DNA of 64,000 nt from Macrostomum lignano (GCA_002269645.1 NIVC01000342.1:248001-312000); one strand, 5' to 3'. Shown: positions 1-14,700, counted from the stretch's first letter. The notes: generated from the letters alone by a model not told the origin. A program made the numbers and translations.

Positions 1-1149
1 TTGGCGATCAATTAATTGTATACAAGAGCCAAGAGAAGGAGAGAAAGTAGACAAAGAGGGCAAATAGCGAATGCACACATGGACTATGAAGAGAACCCGA
101 CGGGGTGATGACGGATAACTTGGCTTGCATAAGAGCGAAGCGTTGGCAATCAGCAGCCCCTCAACAGACGCAACTGTCCCCACACGCAAAGAATACGATC
201 TCAAATGATTACAAAGCCTCATCTCTCAATCCAGCCCGCAGCTGCCGGCCCTGTTGTTGTTGCTTGCTGTCAAAAATTAACGGTTTCGGTTGAGTTGTCG
301 TTTAAAAAACTGGGGGGGGGAGGGGCGCTGCTCAAACACGCCCGCACCCGATGTGCAGCTGGGTAGAATAGCTGCAGACCGCATGCACAGCACGCCACCT
401 TGCCAATGGTGCGGAGGAGGGGGTCTGGCGGTAGCCAAGCCCAACGGGTCCGACAGCTAATATAGCCCCGAGCGATTACGTAATAACTCGATGTTGCGAG
501 GCCTGCATGCAGTGGCGGGGTGGCTGTCTTTGCATGCTGTTTTGGCGCTTTGGCGTTTGGTGCGGGCTCGGAGCGATCCGGGCGGCATGGCGTCCGCGCT
601 TGAATTCCCTTTGCCACATGGCCCTCCTCGAGTCCCCGCCCTCACGCATGAGTGACGGGCTTGTGACTGAACTAAAAGAAGAAGCCTGCCAGCCAGAAGC
701 AATTTGCAGGCCGGAGCAAGACTTTAGAACCGAATTTCAATTCTTTCGAAGCGGCGCGAGAAAACCCAGCCAATTTCCGCGGCGATCCCGCCACTGCCGG
801 CAACAAACAAATCAACGCGCTCGATTGGATATTGCAGTAGCCGCTGTGACAGCTGCTCTGACGGCTTAATAACCAATTTAAAAGCCATTGAGCAGCGCCG
901 GAATGGTGATGTAACCGAGTGAAGACCAGCCTATTATTTCATTTGGTGTCTGTTGACCGACAGATCGCTCCTAATAAACACAGAAACAGCAAAGACCGGA
1001 TAATTCCGTTATTTTCAGTTCAACCCCTGTTTGCTCAGTAGCTTCAGCTATGCTGGTATTTATCGATCTGGAATGTGAAAAATCAATATTATCCTGCATC
1101 AATTTGATAATTGAAAATTGTATCAGAAAATTCATCAGAAACATGAATT

Positions 1150-3903
1150 CTCATTCCACCCTTCCTACGTGCTTCAGGCTGCCTCATTCCACCTCCACCC
1201 CATACTTCAGACTGAATCATTCCGCCTCCACCCCATGCTTCAGGCTGAATCATTCCACCTCCACCCCATGCTTCAGACTGAATCATTCCGCCTCCACCCC
1301 ATGCTTCAGACTGAATCATTCCACCTCCACCCCATGCTTCAGGCTGCCTCATTCCGCCTCCGCCCCATGCTTCAGGCTGCCTCATTCCACCTCCACCCCA
1401 TGCTTCAGACTGAATCATTCCACCTCCACCCCATGCTTCAGACTGAATCATTCCGCCTCCACCCCATGCTTCAGACTGAATCATTCCACCTCCACCCCAT
1501 GCTTCAGGCTGCCTCATTCCGCCTCCAACCCATGCTTCAGGCTGCCTCATTCCGCCTCCAACCCATGCTTCAGGCTGCCTCATTCCGCCTCCACCACATG
1601 CTTCAGACTGAATCATTCCGCCTCCGCCCCATGCCTCAGACTGAATCATTCCGCCTCCACCACATGCTTCAGACTGAATCATTCCGCCTCCGCCCCATGC
1701 CTCAGACTGAATCATTCCGCCTCCGCCCCATACTTCAGACTGAATCATTCCGCCTCCGCCCCATGCCTCAGACTGAATCATTCCGCCTCCGCCCCATGCC
1801 TCAGACTGAATCATTCCGCCTCCGCCCCATGCTTCAGACTGAATCATTCCGCCTCCGCCCCATGCCTCAGACTGAATCATTCCGCCTCCAACCCATGCTT
1901 CAGACTGAATCATTCCGCCTCCACCCCCATGCTTCAGGCTGCCTCATTCCGCCTCCAACCCATGCTTCAGACTGAATCATTCCGCCTCCGCCCCATGCCT
2001 CAGACTGAATCATTCCGCCTCCGCCCCATGCTTCAGACTGAATCATTCCGCCTCCACCCCCATGCTTCAGGCTGCCTCATTCCGCCTCCAACCCATGCTT
2101 CAGACTGAATCATTCCGCCTCCGCCCCATGCTTCAGACTGAATCATTCCGCCTCCGTCCCATGCTTCAGACTGAATCATTCCGCCTCCGCCCCATGCCTC
2201 AGACTGAATCATTCCGCCTCCGCCCCATGCTTCAGACTGAATCATTCCGCCTCCGCCCCATGCCTCAGACTGAATCATTCCGCCTCCGCCCCATGCTTCA
2301 GGCTGCCTCATTCCGCCTCCACCCCATGCTTCAGGCTGCCTCATTCCGCCTCCACCCCATGCTTCAGACTGAATCATTCCGCCTCCACCCCCATGCTTCA
2401 GGCTGCCTCATTCCGCCTCCAACCCATGCTTCAGACTGAATCATTCCGCCTCCACCCCCATACTTCAGACTGAATCATTCCGCCTCCACCCCATGCTTCA
2501 GGCTGAATCATTCCGCCTCCACCCCATGCTTCAGGCTGCCTCATTCCACCTCCAACCCATGCCTCAGACTGAATCATTCCGCCTCCGCCCCATACTTCAG
2601 ACTGAATCATTCCGCCTCCGCCCCATGCCTCAGACTGAATCATTCCGCCTCCGCCCCATGCTTCAGACTGAATCATTCCGCCTCCACCCCATGCTTCAGA
2701 CTGAATCATTCCGCCTCCGCCCCATGCTTCAGGCTGCCTCATTCCGCCTCCAACCCATGCTTCAGACTGAATCATTCCGCCTCCACCCCCATGCTTCAGG
2801 CTGCCTCATTCCGCCTCCAACCCATGCTTCAGACTGAATCATTCCGCCTCCACCCCCATGCTTCAGGCTGCCTCATTCCGCCTCCAACCCATGCTTCAGA
2901 CTGAATCATTCCGCCTCCACCCCATGCTTCAGGCTGCCTCATTCCGCCTCCAACCCATGCTTCAGACTGAATCATTCCGCCTCCACCCCCATGCTTCAGG
3001 CTGCCTCATTCCGCCTCCACCCCATGCTTCAGACTGAATCATTCCGCCTCCACCCCCATGCTTCAGGCTGCCTCATTCCGCCTCCACCCCCATGCTTCAG
3101 ACTGAATCATTCCGCCTCCACCCCCATGCTTCAGGCTGCCTCATTCCGCCTCCAACCCATGCTTCAGACTGAATCATTCCGCCTCCACCCCCATGCTTCA
3201 GGCTGCCTCATTCCGCCTCCACCCCCATGCTTCAGACTGAATCATTCCGCCTCCACCCCCATGCTTCAGGCTGCCTCATTCCGCCTCCAACCCATGCTTC
3301 AGACTGAATCATTCCGCCTCCACCCCCATGCTTCAGGCTGCCTCATTCCGCCTCCACCCCATGCTTCAGGCTGCCTCATTCCGCCTTCAACCCATGCTTC
3401 AGACTGAATCATTCCGCCTCCACCCCCATGCTTCAGGCTGCCTCATTCCGCCTCCAACCCATGCTTCAGACTGAATCATTCCGCCTCCGCCCCATGCTTC
3501 AGACTGAATCATTCCGCCTCCGCCCCATGCTTCAGACTGAATCATTCCGCCTCCACCCCCATGCTTCAGGCTGCCTCATTCCGCCTCTAACCCATGCTTC
3601 AGACTGAATCATTCCGCCTCCACCCCATGCTTCAGACTGAATCATTCCGCCTCCACCCCCATGCTTCATGCTGCCTCATTCCGCCTCCACCCCCATGCTT
3701 CAGACTGAATCATTCCGCCTCCACCCCATGCTTCAGACTGAATCATTCCGCCTCCACCCCATGCTTCAGGCTGCCTCATTCCGCCTCCAACCCATGCTTC
3801 AGGCTGCCTCATTCCGCCTCCAACCCCCATGCTTCAGACTGAATCATTCCGCCTCCAACCCATGCTTCAGACTGAATCATTCCGCCTCCACCCCAAGCTT
3901 CAG
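1150..3903. repeat. 33/34-bp minisatellite, roughly 80 units (CCCCATGCTTCAGACTGAATCATTCCGCCTCCA and variant ..CAGGCTGCCTCATTCC..)
   Basis: Seen directly; it explains all repetitive ORFs at 1050-4015. Confidence 0.97.
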
Positions 3904-4099
3904 ACGGCTAATCCTACCAACTTCGTGTAACATGCAAAGCTTTCATGTTTTAATTCAATCTTTTCTTTTCCACGCACAGTGCGCCACATTTTGCACGAGT
4001 TTCTTCTGGCACTAGCTGCTCAAATTAGTCCTTTGCAGCAAGACTTTCACGCATGAGAAGGTCATCAACTGTAATGCTGCACCTAAGAAGCAATGTGCT

Positions 4100-4350
4100 C
4101 AGCGACCCCATCCTACTGGCAATGCGCACTCAAGCATGACGTGTACACCGTCGTCTGGAAATATTGCTCTTTTAATTCTCAGACGCCTTCTAACGTGTCG
4201 CACAAGCAAGCGTGGAATCAGTACCCGCGACTTCAGCACTCTCGCCGCCTGTAGCAACTGTTGCTCAATACTGCTTGCCGCGAAGCAGAATTTAAGTGCC
4301 GAGAATTGCAACTCAGTGGGGGGTGGCGGCGTGGCTTTGGATTTTGGTTA
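4100..4350 (-). pseudogene. Possible decayed hAT transposase C-terminal dimerisation fragment
   Basis: Minus frame ALKFCFAASSIEQQLLQAARVLKSRVLIP loosely resembles hAT LAxKYLxxPASSxxVERxFSxAGxxxxxxRxxLxP; weak, by-eye match. Confidence 0.25.
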
Positions 4351-5639
4351 CTGGCCAAAACAAGGCCTTGTTGGTGTGGATGGATGACTCATTTCTGACT
4401 CGCCTCTTTGCCCCTCAATTCTCGTGTAATTGAGAGATTGAGAGAGCGAGAGAGCGCGTCAGACTCTCCTATGTGTAGGCATCGGTGCCCGGAATCTTTC
4501 TCATGATTGCCTCCGCCCGCGACGGACTCCCCCGCTGTTTTCTCTTTAACCCGGGGCCTCGTTACGAGCCGCTGCCGGCTTGACAACTCGGCTAAAATGA
4601 TGACGATGAGGCGTGTCGCCTCTCGGCTCCAGCTGTCCCCTGTCTTTCTCTCTTTCTCTCTCTTGTTCCCCTTTTTATACTTTTTTATTCCGTTCTCATC
4701 TCAACATCTCTTGTATTGCGACAGCTATTGTTTCGATGCACCCATACTTGATTAGAGGTTTCTGGCTTCGGGTTGTCAGCCGAGCGCATGTGGAGGTGAC
4801 AGACCCAGACCAAGTAGAGCGAGTCGCACACAATGAACGAGAGAGAAAAAATCAACTGTGCTCTTAACTTGTGCCAAACTATAATATAACAAAGAGACAT
4901 GTTCGTGTTTTTATTTGTTAGAAGATTAGAAGACAGCGGGCAACAATATCCAAGAGAATAAGGCTCTGCAATAAAGCAGCTCGACAGCTCTCGGAGTTCT
5001 CCTATAGTTGATCCGAGCTGGGCACGCTCGGGCCAGCATAAAGATTGCTGCAGCTAGACAGGAGACAAGTAGAATACAATTTCTGGTCAAACGATGCCGC
5101 TTGCCCAGATGCTTTAATTAGCTGCAGTTTGTTTTCAAACTAACTCAAAGCTTTGATGAGCCAGGCACCGCCACTGAAGTCAACTGGTTTTCGGGTGTTT
5201 TTATTTCTTGTCTTCCCCTACCAGACGATAAAAACTGTAAGGAATAAAAACACAAAGTAAAAAATCAGAATAGTAAATTCTCATAGAATGCTTTTAATTT
5301 CCTGGTGCATTTTTGCTTACAGATTGCTGTCAAAGGCCAATTTGTATTTCCTGCAACAGTAATTGTGAACGCTTTCACAAGCAGTCAAAGTCAACAATGC
5401 CCACTATCAAAGATTCTTCCATTGTTCGATTCCCTGAAGCAACTTTGCATCGTTAAGGTAGCAGGCGTCTTCTTTGACAATGAATTGACGTCTTAATTTC
5501 AAATCCCATACGATGGCCAACAGAGCTGGCCTGCGTTTCTCGGTCAAGTTCCGGCCTCAATGCGGTACAGTGACCCAGATGGACAGATCCACGCGCTCCG
5601 CCGAGCCATCGGGCCTATCGGGTCCCACAGCAGCTGATC

Positions 5640-6370
5640 GATGCCATCATGTCGTTGTACCGGTACCGAGACACATTATATGCTGTTGCGACAACGGACA
5701 ACGGAGTCTGGTGTTCTGCAGGGCGACCTGGCACCGTTTCTCTTTGCGCTGCGTGCTACGGAACGCTCTTCTCGACTGACGACGATTCTGACGATTAGCC
5801 TTGTGCTTAGCTACGCCGACGACATCTCCCTCCTGTCATCAACTGTTGAAGGCGCCCAGCGCCTATTGCCAGCCTTGCGGTTAATGTGCTTAAGACCGAG
5901 GTCCCAGCAGAACATACCGCGGCGCAGACAGACGGTTCATCTACGAGTACCTCGGCGGTCTGGTGCCCCACGCCGGAGGAGGACATCCGGCGGCGCGGAG
6001 GACTCGCCTGGGCGGCCTACTGATTCATTCAGGCCGTCCTTCAGTCCGAAGCGCTGCCCGACCGCCAGAGGGCTCAGCTGTGGCAGGCGGTGGTCGAGAC
6101 CGCCCTGCTGCATAACACCGAGACGTGGACGCTGACGGCCACGCTGGAGCGGAAGCTGGTCTCGGCGCACTCGGGGCTGCTCCATGCGACCTTTCGAGCT
6201 GACCAGAGCGTCTTGACGGAGACCCTGTACCAGAAGGATCAGCTGCAATGCCTGTCCACCACCTGCCCGTCCATCACTTCAACTGGCGGGCCACGTGATC
6301 CGGGCTGAGAGCTCCTGCCCCCAGCCTCTACAGGACATCCTGCTGTTCAACTTGCAGGGCCCATTTGGGT
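5640..6370 (+). mobile_element. Decayed non-LTR retrotransposon (RTE-like) reverse transcriptase and thumb fragment
   Basis: GVLQGD-LAPFLF and SYADDI RT motifs, then RRRGGLAWAAY and VETALLHNTETWTLTATLERKL typical of RTE C-terminal RT; frameshifts and stops. Confidence 0.85.
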
Positions 6371-8429
6371 GATGGTTACTGGGCTGCGTCTTTTGCTGTT
6401 GAATTTGATGGCAGAGTGAGCAAGCCCTGATTTCTTGATGATGGGTGTCAGAGTCGAACCAATATTGCTCTCATGTCCGCCGGACCCTGCCTAAAATTTG
6501 CGCCTCTGCCAGAGCGCGCTTGTGCCGGTGCGCGCATCTCTTTCAGATCAACTCTCCTAAATTTCCTACACTAAAACAAAGTAGAACTCTTTAAGCGATC
6601 AGTTTTAATTATCGGTTCTGAAATTGTTCCGGGATCATACATGTAGTTCTTTTTTACAGGCCTGAGAAGGAACCTGTTAAATCCTGTTAATAAATGACAG
6701 CAGTCTCCAAATATTAAATTAAATAAGCATCAAGACAAAACACACCCAATGTAACTGGATCAAGCCACAATTTGTCATTTTCGCAAGCGCAACAAAGACT
6801 AAATGAGCATCCCCCTGCTTTAAAAAATCTGCTTGAATAATTGCATTCTGCAATCCACGCTGTTCTGTATCCCCAGAGCAGAGACCCAGGTTAATTAATA
6901 GATGAAGTAACAATGCAGCTTTAAAGAAGCAGAAAAATCACAACTTTATACAAGGTACGGAAAAAGCACAGCAGGTGGCTGCTTAAGGGCGCAAAAAAAG
7001 CAGGATGAGACAGACTTGTGGCCACGGGGTTTCGTCTGGCGGAGAAGACAATGGAGACCATCGAGATCTTTGAGCCCCAGCACCTGTCAGGCAGTTCTAA
7101 GCCGGTCCTGTATCAGCAAGCAGGACTTCCGCCCTGATTTTTTCCTCCCCGATTCGCATTCTCTTTTTCTTTCTTTTGTGCCTCACGCAGCGCACCAGAG
7201 GGCCACTTCTGTTGATCCCATTCTATTATTTTTAGCTCTGACCCCTTATAAACCTGCTCAACTCAAAACTTGCCCCCCCCCCACCCTAGGGCGTTCAACT
7301 CCCGATACTTTAATGAAACATTCACAAAGAATGCGCTCTCCAATTGTGACAACTTCCTGAGTCTCTTCTAGGAGAGAGGGCACAAAGGAATGGCATAGCA
7401 GCATGGCCTTCAATCATTTACGGCTGCCTGATTCTGCTAGGTTTATAAAGCTGGAGGTCCAGATTATTGTCACTACACAGGGGCTGAGCACATATGCAGT
7501 TGGCGATTCTGTGAATAGACTCACTCAGTTGCGAGTCCGCTTCGGAGGTGTCTTTTTATGATTGCGGATCAACCATGCACGGCTCAAGCATCCTTGATTC
7601 AGCTCTGAATGTACGCTCCCAAGTCTCAGTCAGTGATTGAACGTCTCTCAGTGCTCCAGCTGTCCAACTGTCGCACACAAAGCTTCTGAAAAAGTCTTCA
7701 ATCTTAACAACATTGAAACCCGCTGTATTTTAATTGAAGATAAATTTCCAATACCAACTGGCGCTTAAATCTGCCGCTTAAGGGGGGATTTAACTGTGTA
7801 CAGGGAGATGGGGAAGGCAGGGTGAATGCGTACTGGATAGGTGAGGGGGGCTGCAGAAGATTTAGCGGCCCGTGACTCACAGATTCATCCCACCCGCAGG
7901 GCATGTTCACTGCAGACAGCTTATATCTGCGGCAGCCATCTATATTATTGGGGTCAGTTTCAAGTTTCGCCGCCAATATCATATTAATAAGCGGATTTGC
8001 GCCGGGTAAGATCAACGGCGTTAAGCCCAGACTATTGCTTAGCTATCGCCTACACCAAACGGGGCGGATTTCGCTGGCGGGTGGTTATTAAGACCCTATC
8101 GTAAAACAGGAGAGAAGAAGGAAGAGAAAGATTACAGTGGCACTTCTGTCTGAGGGCCAATTGATCAGCCCTACTTGTTGGGATGTCCCGGGTGAAGTAA
8201 GCGACTGACGCGAGGGACACGGGAGAAAATTGCCAGTTCAAACAGAATGATGGGTTGCTACATTCTTTTGGGGAAACAGAGACTAGATTGATTAATGATT
8301 GAGATGGCGAGACTGGCTAGACAACAGTGAGATGAGATATATGTATGATTAGACAGAGATCAGTGTGACATGATGCAAGTATCTGCACGATGAGATATTC
8401 GTGCAAAGATACCGGTGGGATCAGATCTT

Positions 8430-10366
8430 TCGTGATGAGATATGCGAGTAATGAGATATCGATGTGATGAGATGTCGAAGTGATGAGATATCGGTTATCG
8501 GTGTGTAGAGATATCGGTGTGCTCAGATATCGGTGTGATCATATCTTTCGTGATGAGATATCGGTGCTGAGATATCGGTGTGATGAGATATCGGTGTGAT
8601 GAGATATCGATGTGCTCAGATATCGGTGTGATGAGATATCGGTGTGATGAGTTATCTGTGGGATGAGATATCGGTGTGATGACATATCGGTTTGATGAGA
8701 TATCGATGTGCTCAGATATCAGTGTGATGAGATATCGGTGTGATGAGATATCGGTGTGATGAGATATCCGTGTGATGAGATATCTGTGGGATGAGATATC
8801 GGTGGGATGAGATATCGGTGTGCTCAGATATCGGTGGGATGAGTTATCGGTGTGATGAGATATCGGTGTGATGAGATATCGGTGTGATGAGATATCGGTG
8901 TGCTCAGATATCAGTGTGATGAGATATCGGTGTGATGAGATATCGGTGTGATGAGATATCCGTGTGATGAGATATCTGTGGGATGAGATATCGGTGGGAT
9001 GAGATATCGGTGTGCTCAGATATCGGTGGGATGAGTTATCGGTGTGATGAGATATCGGTGTGATGAGATATCGGTGTGATGAGATATCGGTGTGCTCAGA
9101 TATCCGTGTGATGAGATATCCGTGTGATGAGATATCGGAGAGATGAGATATCGGAGAGATGAGATATCGGTGTGCTCAGATATCGGTGTGATGAGATATC
9201 CGTGTGATGAGATATTGGTGTGATGAGATATCGGTGTGATGAGATATCCGTGTGATCGGATCTTTTGTGATGAGATATCCGTGTGATGAGATATCCGTGT
9301 GATGAGATATCCGTGTGATGAGATATCCGTGTGATGAGATATCCGTGTGATGAGATATCCGTGTGATGAGATATCTGTAGGATGAGATATCGGTGTGATG
9401 AGATATCGGTGTGATGAGATATCCGTGTGATCGGATCTTTTGTGATGAGATATCCGTGTGATGAGATATCCGTGTGATGAGATATCCGTGTGATGAGATA
9501 TCCGTGTGATGAGATATCCGTGTGATGAGATATCCGTGTGATGAGATATCCGTGTGATGAGATATCCGTGTGATGAGATATCCATGTGATGAGATATCCG
9601 TGTGATGAGATATCTGTAGGATGAGATATCGGTGTGATGAGATATCGGTGTGATGAGATATCGGTGTGATCGGATCTTTTGTGATGAGATATCCGTGTGA
9701 TGAGATATCCGTGTGATGAGATATCCGTGTGATGAGATATCCGTGTGATGAGATATCCGTGTGATGAGATATCCGTGTGATGAGATATCCGTGTGATGAG
9801 ATATCCGTGTGATGAGATATCCGTGTGATGAGATATCTGTGGGATGAGATATCCATGTGATGAGATATCTGTAGGATGAGATATCGGTGGGATGAGATAT
9901 CGGAGCGATGAGATATCGGTGAGATGAGATATCGGATCGATGAGATATCGGTGAGATGAGATATCGGAGAGATGAGATATCGGAGAGATGAGATATCGGA
10001 GAGATGAGATATCGGTGAGATGAGATATCGGAGAGATGAGATATCGGAGAGATGAGATATCGGAGAGATGAGATATCGGTGAGATGAGATATCGGAGAGA
10101 TGAGATATCGGTGAGATGAGATATCGGAGCGATGAGATATCGGAGAGATGAGATATCGGAGAGATGAGATATCGGTGAGATGAGATATCGGAGAGATGAG
10201 ATATCGGTGAGATGAGATATCGGAGCGATGAGATATCGGAGAGATGAGATATCGGAGAGATGAGATATCGGTGAGATGAGATATCGGAGCGATGAGATAT
10301 CGGAGAGATGAGATATCGGAGAGATGAGATATCGGTGAGATGAGATATCGGAGCGATGAGATATCC
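8430..10366. repeat. 16-bp minisatellite (GATGAGATATC + GGTGT / CGTGT / GGAGA), about 120 units
   Basis: Seen directly; GATATC core; variant blocks change along the array. Confidence 0.97.
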
Positions 10367-10956
10367 AACGATGTCAAAGTATCAGCAGTCGAAGAAACAA
10401 AATGGCCAAGCAGGACCGACATGAACTCGAACGAGATCCTGCAGTGCAGATGGCTGGCCCCCATATGCACATACTGGCAGGTTTCTGCAGCAGCTCATCT
10501 GCATCTCAGCTAGTCAATTGACTCTCCCAGTCAATGCAATTACCTTCTTCAACTCCTCTTCTCCCCGCCCCGGCTCTCTGACAGCAGTTCCTCTCTGTGC
10601 TCCCGTTGGGAAAAAAATATTCTATATTTTGACGGGCGATCTTGGTGAGCTGGGTTGGGCGAATTTGCATTCTCGCTCAGACCAGACCAGACCAGACTAA
10701 AGGCTGGCTGAAAGTCCGTCATTTGCATAAATGTGCAATGCAAGTCAGGAAAAGATTATTTCGTTTGTTCCGACGAGGGGTGCAACACTGGCTGGCTGAA
10801 ACGTGTTGAATGTTTGTCAACTGTTAGCTCTTTTGCATTTGAAATTCAGTTTTATATCGGTTGAGCACCACCAATGGCGTTAATGGGCGTCTGTCAGAAA
10901 ATCAGGACTTTACTTAGTGAACAGCTGACAAAGATAAAATAGTATATATACGCTCC

Positions 10957-11732
10957 CAGGGGCGTCGCCATGGATTTCATGGTGGGGGGGACAAAGCCAA
11001 TAATTCAACATGTACATGTACATGACTAAATTCCTACATTTCCATTATTTTGAGAATCTTGTTGTCAGCGCTCATTTTGGCGCCGCAGGCACTTATTTTG
11101 GCGCCGTAGGCACTGATTTTGGCGCCGCAGGCACTCATTTTGGGCGCCGTAGGCACTCATTTTGGGCGCCGTAGGCACTCATTTTAGCGCCGTAGGCACT
11201 CATTTTAGCGCCGTAGGCACTCATTTTGAGCGCCGTAGGCACTCATTTTTGCGCCGCAGGCACTCATTTTGGGCGCCGTAGGCACTCATTTTGGGCGCCG
11301 TAGGCACTCATTTTGGGCGCCGTAGGCACTCATTTTAGCGCCGTAGGCACTCATTTTGGCGCCAAAGGCACTCATTTTGGGCGCCGTAGGCACTCATTTT
11401 GGCGCCAAAGGCACTCATTTTGGCGCCAAAGGCACTCATTTTAGCGCCGTAGGCACTCATTTTGGCGCCAAAGGCACTCATTTTAGCGCCAAAGGTACTC
11501 ATTTTGGGCGCCGTAGGCACTCATTTTGGGCGCCGTAGGCACTCATTTTGGCGCCAAAGGCACTCATTTTAGCGCCGAAAGCACTCATTTTAGCGCATTG
11601 AAGAAAAATTACTGATTACCACCACAACGAGTCACAAGATGGGGTGAAGGACAAAGCATTGGCATGTCCCCCATAGCATTTACTGGGGGGGCATGTCCTC
11701 CCTGTCCCCCCCCCCCGGTGGCGACGCGCCTG
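10957..11732. mobile_element. Non-autonomous hAT-type DNA transposon (MITE-like) with an internal 22/23-bp array
   Basis: Imperfect TIRs CAGGGGCGTCGCCA / TGGCGACGCGCCTG; perfect 8-bp TSD TACGCTCC at 10949-10956 and 11733-11740; internal (GGCACTCATTTTGGCGCCGTAG)n at about 11072-11597. Confidence 0.88.
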
Positions 11733-14700
11733 TACGCTCCTAGTAGGTAATTCAATTCGAATATTCGCCCATTGTCACCATAGTACTTCTGCATCCTAAA
11801 GACAACTGGCTAAGGTTCTCATACTCGTCAACAGTGCAGCAGTGAGTAGAGGAACCTTTGCTAATAGCGTACGCTCCTCTATAGGTCTAGGATTAGGGGG
11901 GTTGAGCACAGATGAATCAATCGATTTTTTCGGTGAGCAATTGAAAACAGAATTGCCAGCGAAACAAGACAGGGGAAGGGGGACAGCGGGACCATAGCGG
12001 CTTTTTGCCTTGCGTGCGGGATTATAATGAGCGCTTAGGGAGGGCAGGGCAGTTGAGGCAGAGCTGCATTGCTACTCCAGAAGCCAAAGTGGCAATATTT
12101 GACTCAATATAGCTTGTACATATAGTATTTCGTCAATGACACGAACAGGGCAATGAGACAGTGCTGCAGTCCTCAATAGCCCCGCCCAATCTCTTCTTTA
12201 TTTCTCTCCTATATGTTCTTAACTTCAAGGGAAGAGAAGAGTGGCAGCGGTGCACAGTTAAATGTCAATATAAACACCTAATAGAAAAATTAGCATTAAT
12301 CAACCTCCCTACCGATGCAGTGCAGCTAAAAAGGAAGTGCATTCATGTGTTATACTAATCTGTATTCAAATCCAAGACCAACTGGTCACTTCTTAACGCT
12401 GTTCCGAACTTCAAGGTGCTGTCCGACTACATAAATATTTCACATGGCAAGTTTTGCAACTAGTTATTTGGTCCTACTAGTATATTTCTGCAATGTCTTC
12501 TCTTTTTTCCGCGAGAAACTTAATTGACAGAAAAATTGAAAAATGATGAAAAGATTCGACGTGCGCCCAGCCCAGTGCAAAATATAGAATACTGGTATGC
12601 ACAGGGCAGTAGTCATTCGCAGAGCTTGCATACGCATCAGGTCACACAGAATCGGCGGCCTCTCTTCTCTTTTCCAGCCGCTGTACTCACGAATACTCGG
12701 TGCCGGGCGGGCACGTGAAACAATTATGCTTTTTCATTTATATTCGTTCTATTGAATAATTGTATCGCCTATTGTGTCGACTGGAAAATGGTTGCCTCAC
12801 CCCCTCCCCTGCAGCCCTGTCCACTAGACTAGTGTTGCTGGGGGGTAGAGGGCAGAAGCAGAGGCTCTCTGTAGTGGCCTGCCATACCGTAGCACACTTC
12901 GTCCTTCCAGCAAAGCACCATCCAGTGCAGACAATGCGTTGGCCCAATCAACTTCGCGGGCCAATGAAGCGCGGCCGCTTTAGCCCCAGACTCCGTCACA
13001 GCCCCCAGCCTGCCGCGCCCAACCCTCCGGAGGGGAGAGGGGCCAGTTTTATAATGAATGGACTCCAAAATAGAAGGGGAAGGCCTCTCTCTCCTCAGTT
13101 CGCAGCTCGGCTGGTGTCTGTTCTCTCACCCTCTCTTTATTACTCCCTTTACCTTTTGCACCCACAGCGGGGCAGGCAGGCCGAACCAAATACGGCTTTG
13201 AATTGCCGGCCTCTAACAGACAGAGACTGTAACCAAAATAGTTTCTAACTAAATCTTCTCCGTTGTGCATTCCTATTTAGTCCTGCCGCGAGAGTAGTGA
13301 TCCACCCCTCTACAGATTCATTATTTCCTGGCGCCGCTGTCTGCTGCTGTCTGAAGCAGACAAAGAAGCTGTTATTTGCATAAGGAATCGACTTTTGGCT
13401 GCGATTTACTAAAAGGTAATTTCGATTTTTTAGCTCTTGCTTTTTTCGCACTTTTGCCTCAAGCTTTTGCGCCATAGACATAAGCGTATCCAAAAATAGA
13501 TTCTCTCTCCCTCTCGCTGTTGGCGGCTCGTCCCCGGCCATAGACTATATAATTCAACTAGCTTTGGGCCGGACCGAAGTCTTGCCAATTAGGGCTTTTA
13601 TTGTGCCATTTTCTCTTCACTCAATTGGCCTCGGCTTCCCCTCTCCCTTCATCGCTTTCTATCTTTTCTCCACTGATGAAGTCTTTCCGCCAGACCAAAA
13701 CTGAGTCACCCCGAAGCGGGGCTCCAAGCTTCCGTGCTGGAACAGTCCGTAATAAAGGCAGCGGAGAGACTGAGAATAAATTCTGAATGAAATATATTAA
13801 GAGAAAGATTTAGGGGCAAAGAGACTTCGACAGTGATTTGTTTTCGACTGCCAGCCTGCGGGAGGCGTATATTAAGGAACTGAGGGTAAGTGAGGGGAAG
13901 GAAAAGGCTGGGCAAGCCCTCTAAATTGACTCACGCCTCTTTCATTTCTCGCATGGCCCTCGCCCCAGTTCAGCTCCCTAGCTTCCCCACTGAACTTCTT
14001 CATCAGTTTTTTTCTCTCACTCGCTGGCGCTTTGCAACCCTCCCTTTCTCAACTCATTCAACCCCATCTATAGCCTCATCTACTCAATCTTCTTCCACTT
14101 GAAAATCTGATTTTCCACGAGATGCGTCCGTGCCAGCGGCCTGTGAGGCATCGGGGCCGGACTGCAGGAGGCGGGGAGCTTAGGGATCCGGGGACTGGGT
14201 TATGCCCCTCAGCTCCCAAATCCCATATATAAATATATATATATACATACACACATATACCCGCCTGTTCTGTGCTGCACAGGTCGTCCCCTCCTCCTCC
14301 GGGCCCATTCGAATTCCCAAACGCCTCATCCGGTCGGTAAGTCGGACTTGCGGACTAAAGTAGACTAATCTAAGCCTATCTCACCGTTTCCAATCTGAGT
14401 GATCATAAAACTCACCGGGGACGCCAAGCCGAGAAGAGACATGAACGAATTCTTAGAAACTACCCTACTATGCCTACTCTCTGCCCCCCCCCTTGTCAAG
14501 ACAGAAGGAAAAGAAAAACTAAATTACAAAAAAGTTCCCGCTCACCTCGTCTCAGTTCGGCTTTAGGATTTCAGGAATTTAAGCTGCTCGCGCACCCGTC
14601 TTTTCAACTGAAGCCCTTGGCTTGTTACTGAGCATCCCGCTAAGTCCCGCTAAGGCCTTGGCCACACGCAACCCGGGGCTAAACCTCCCGGAGACGTGAA

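Noticed and set aside
1050-4015. Long repetitive ORFs (also 9016-10470, 21726-23113, 26365-26989, 36741-37679, 40902-41435, 41887-43055, 47326-47785, 49727-50467, 59998-60372)
   Set aside because: They lie entirely within tandem arrays, are open in several frames or strands only because the unit lacks stops, and several are intronic in real genes
13673-13705. Hammerhead-like CTGATGA followed by a stem (also 48168)
   Set aside because: Lacks the G10.1-C11.1 plus GAAA core and closing stems I/III
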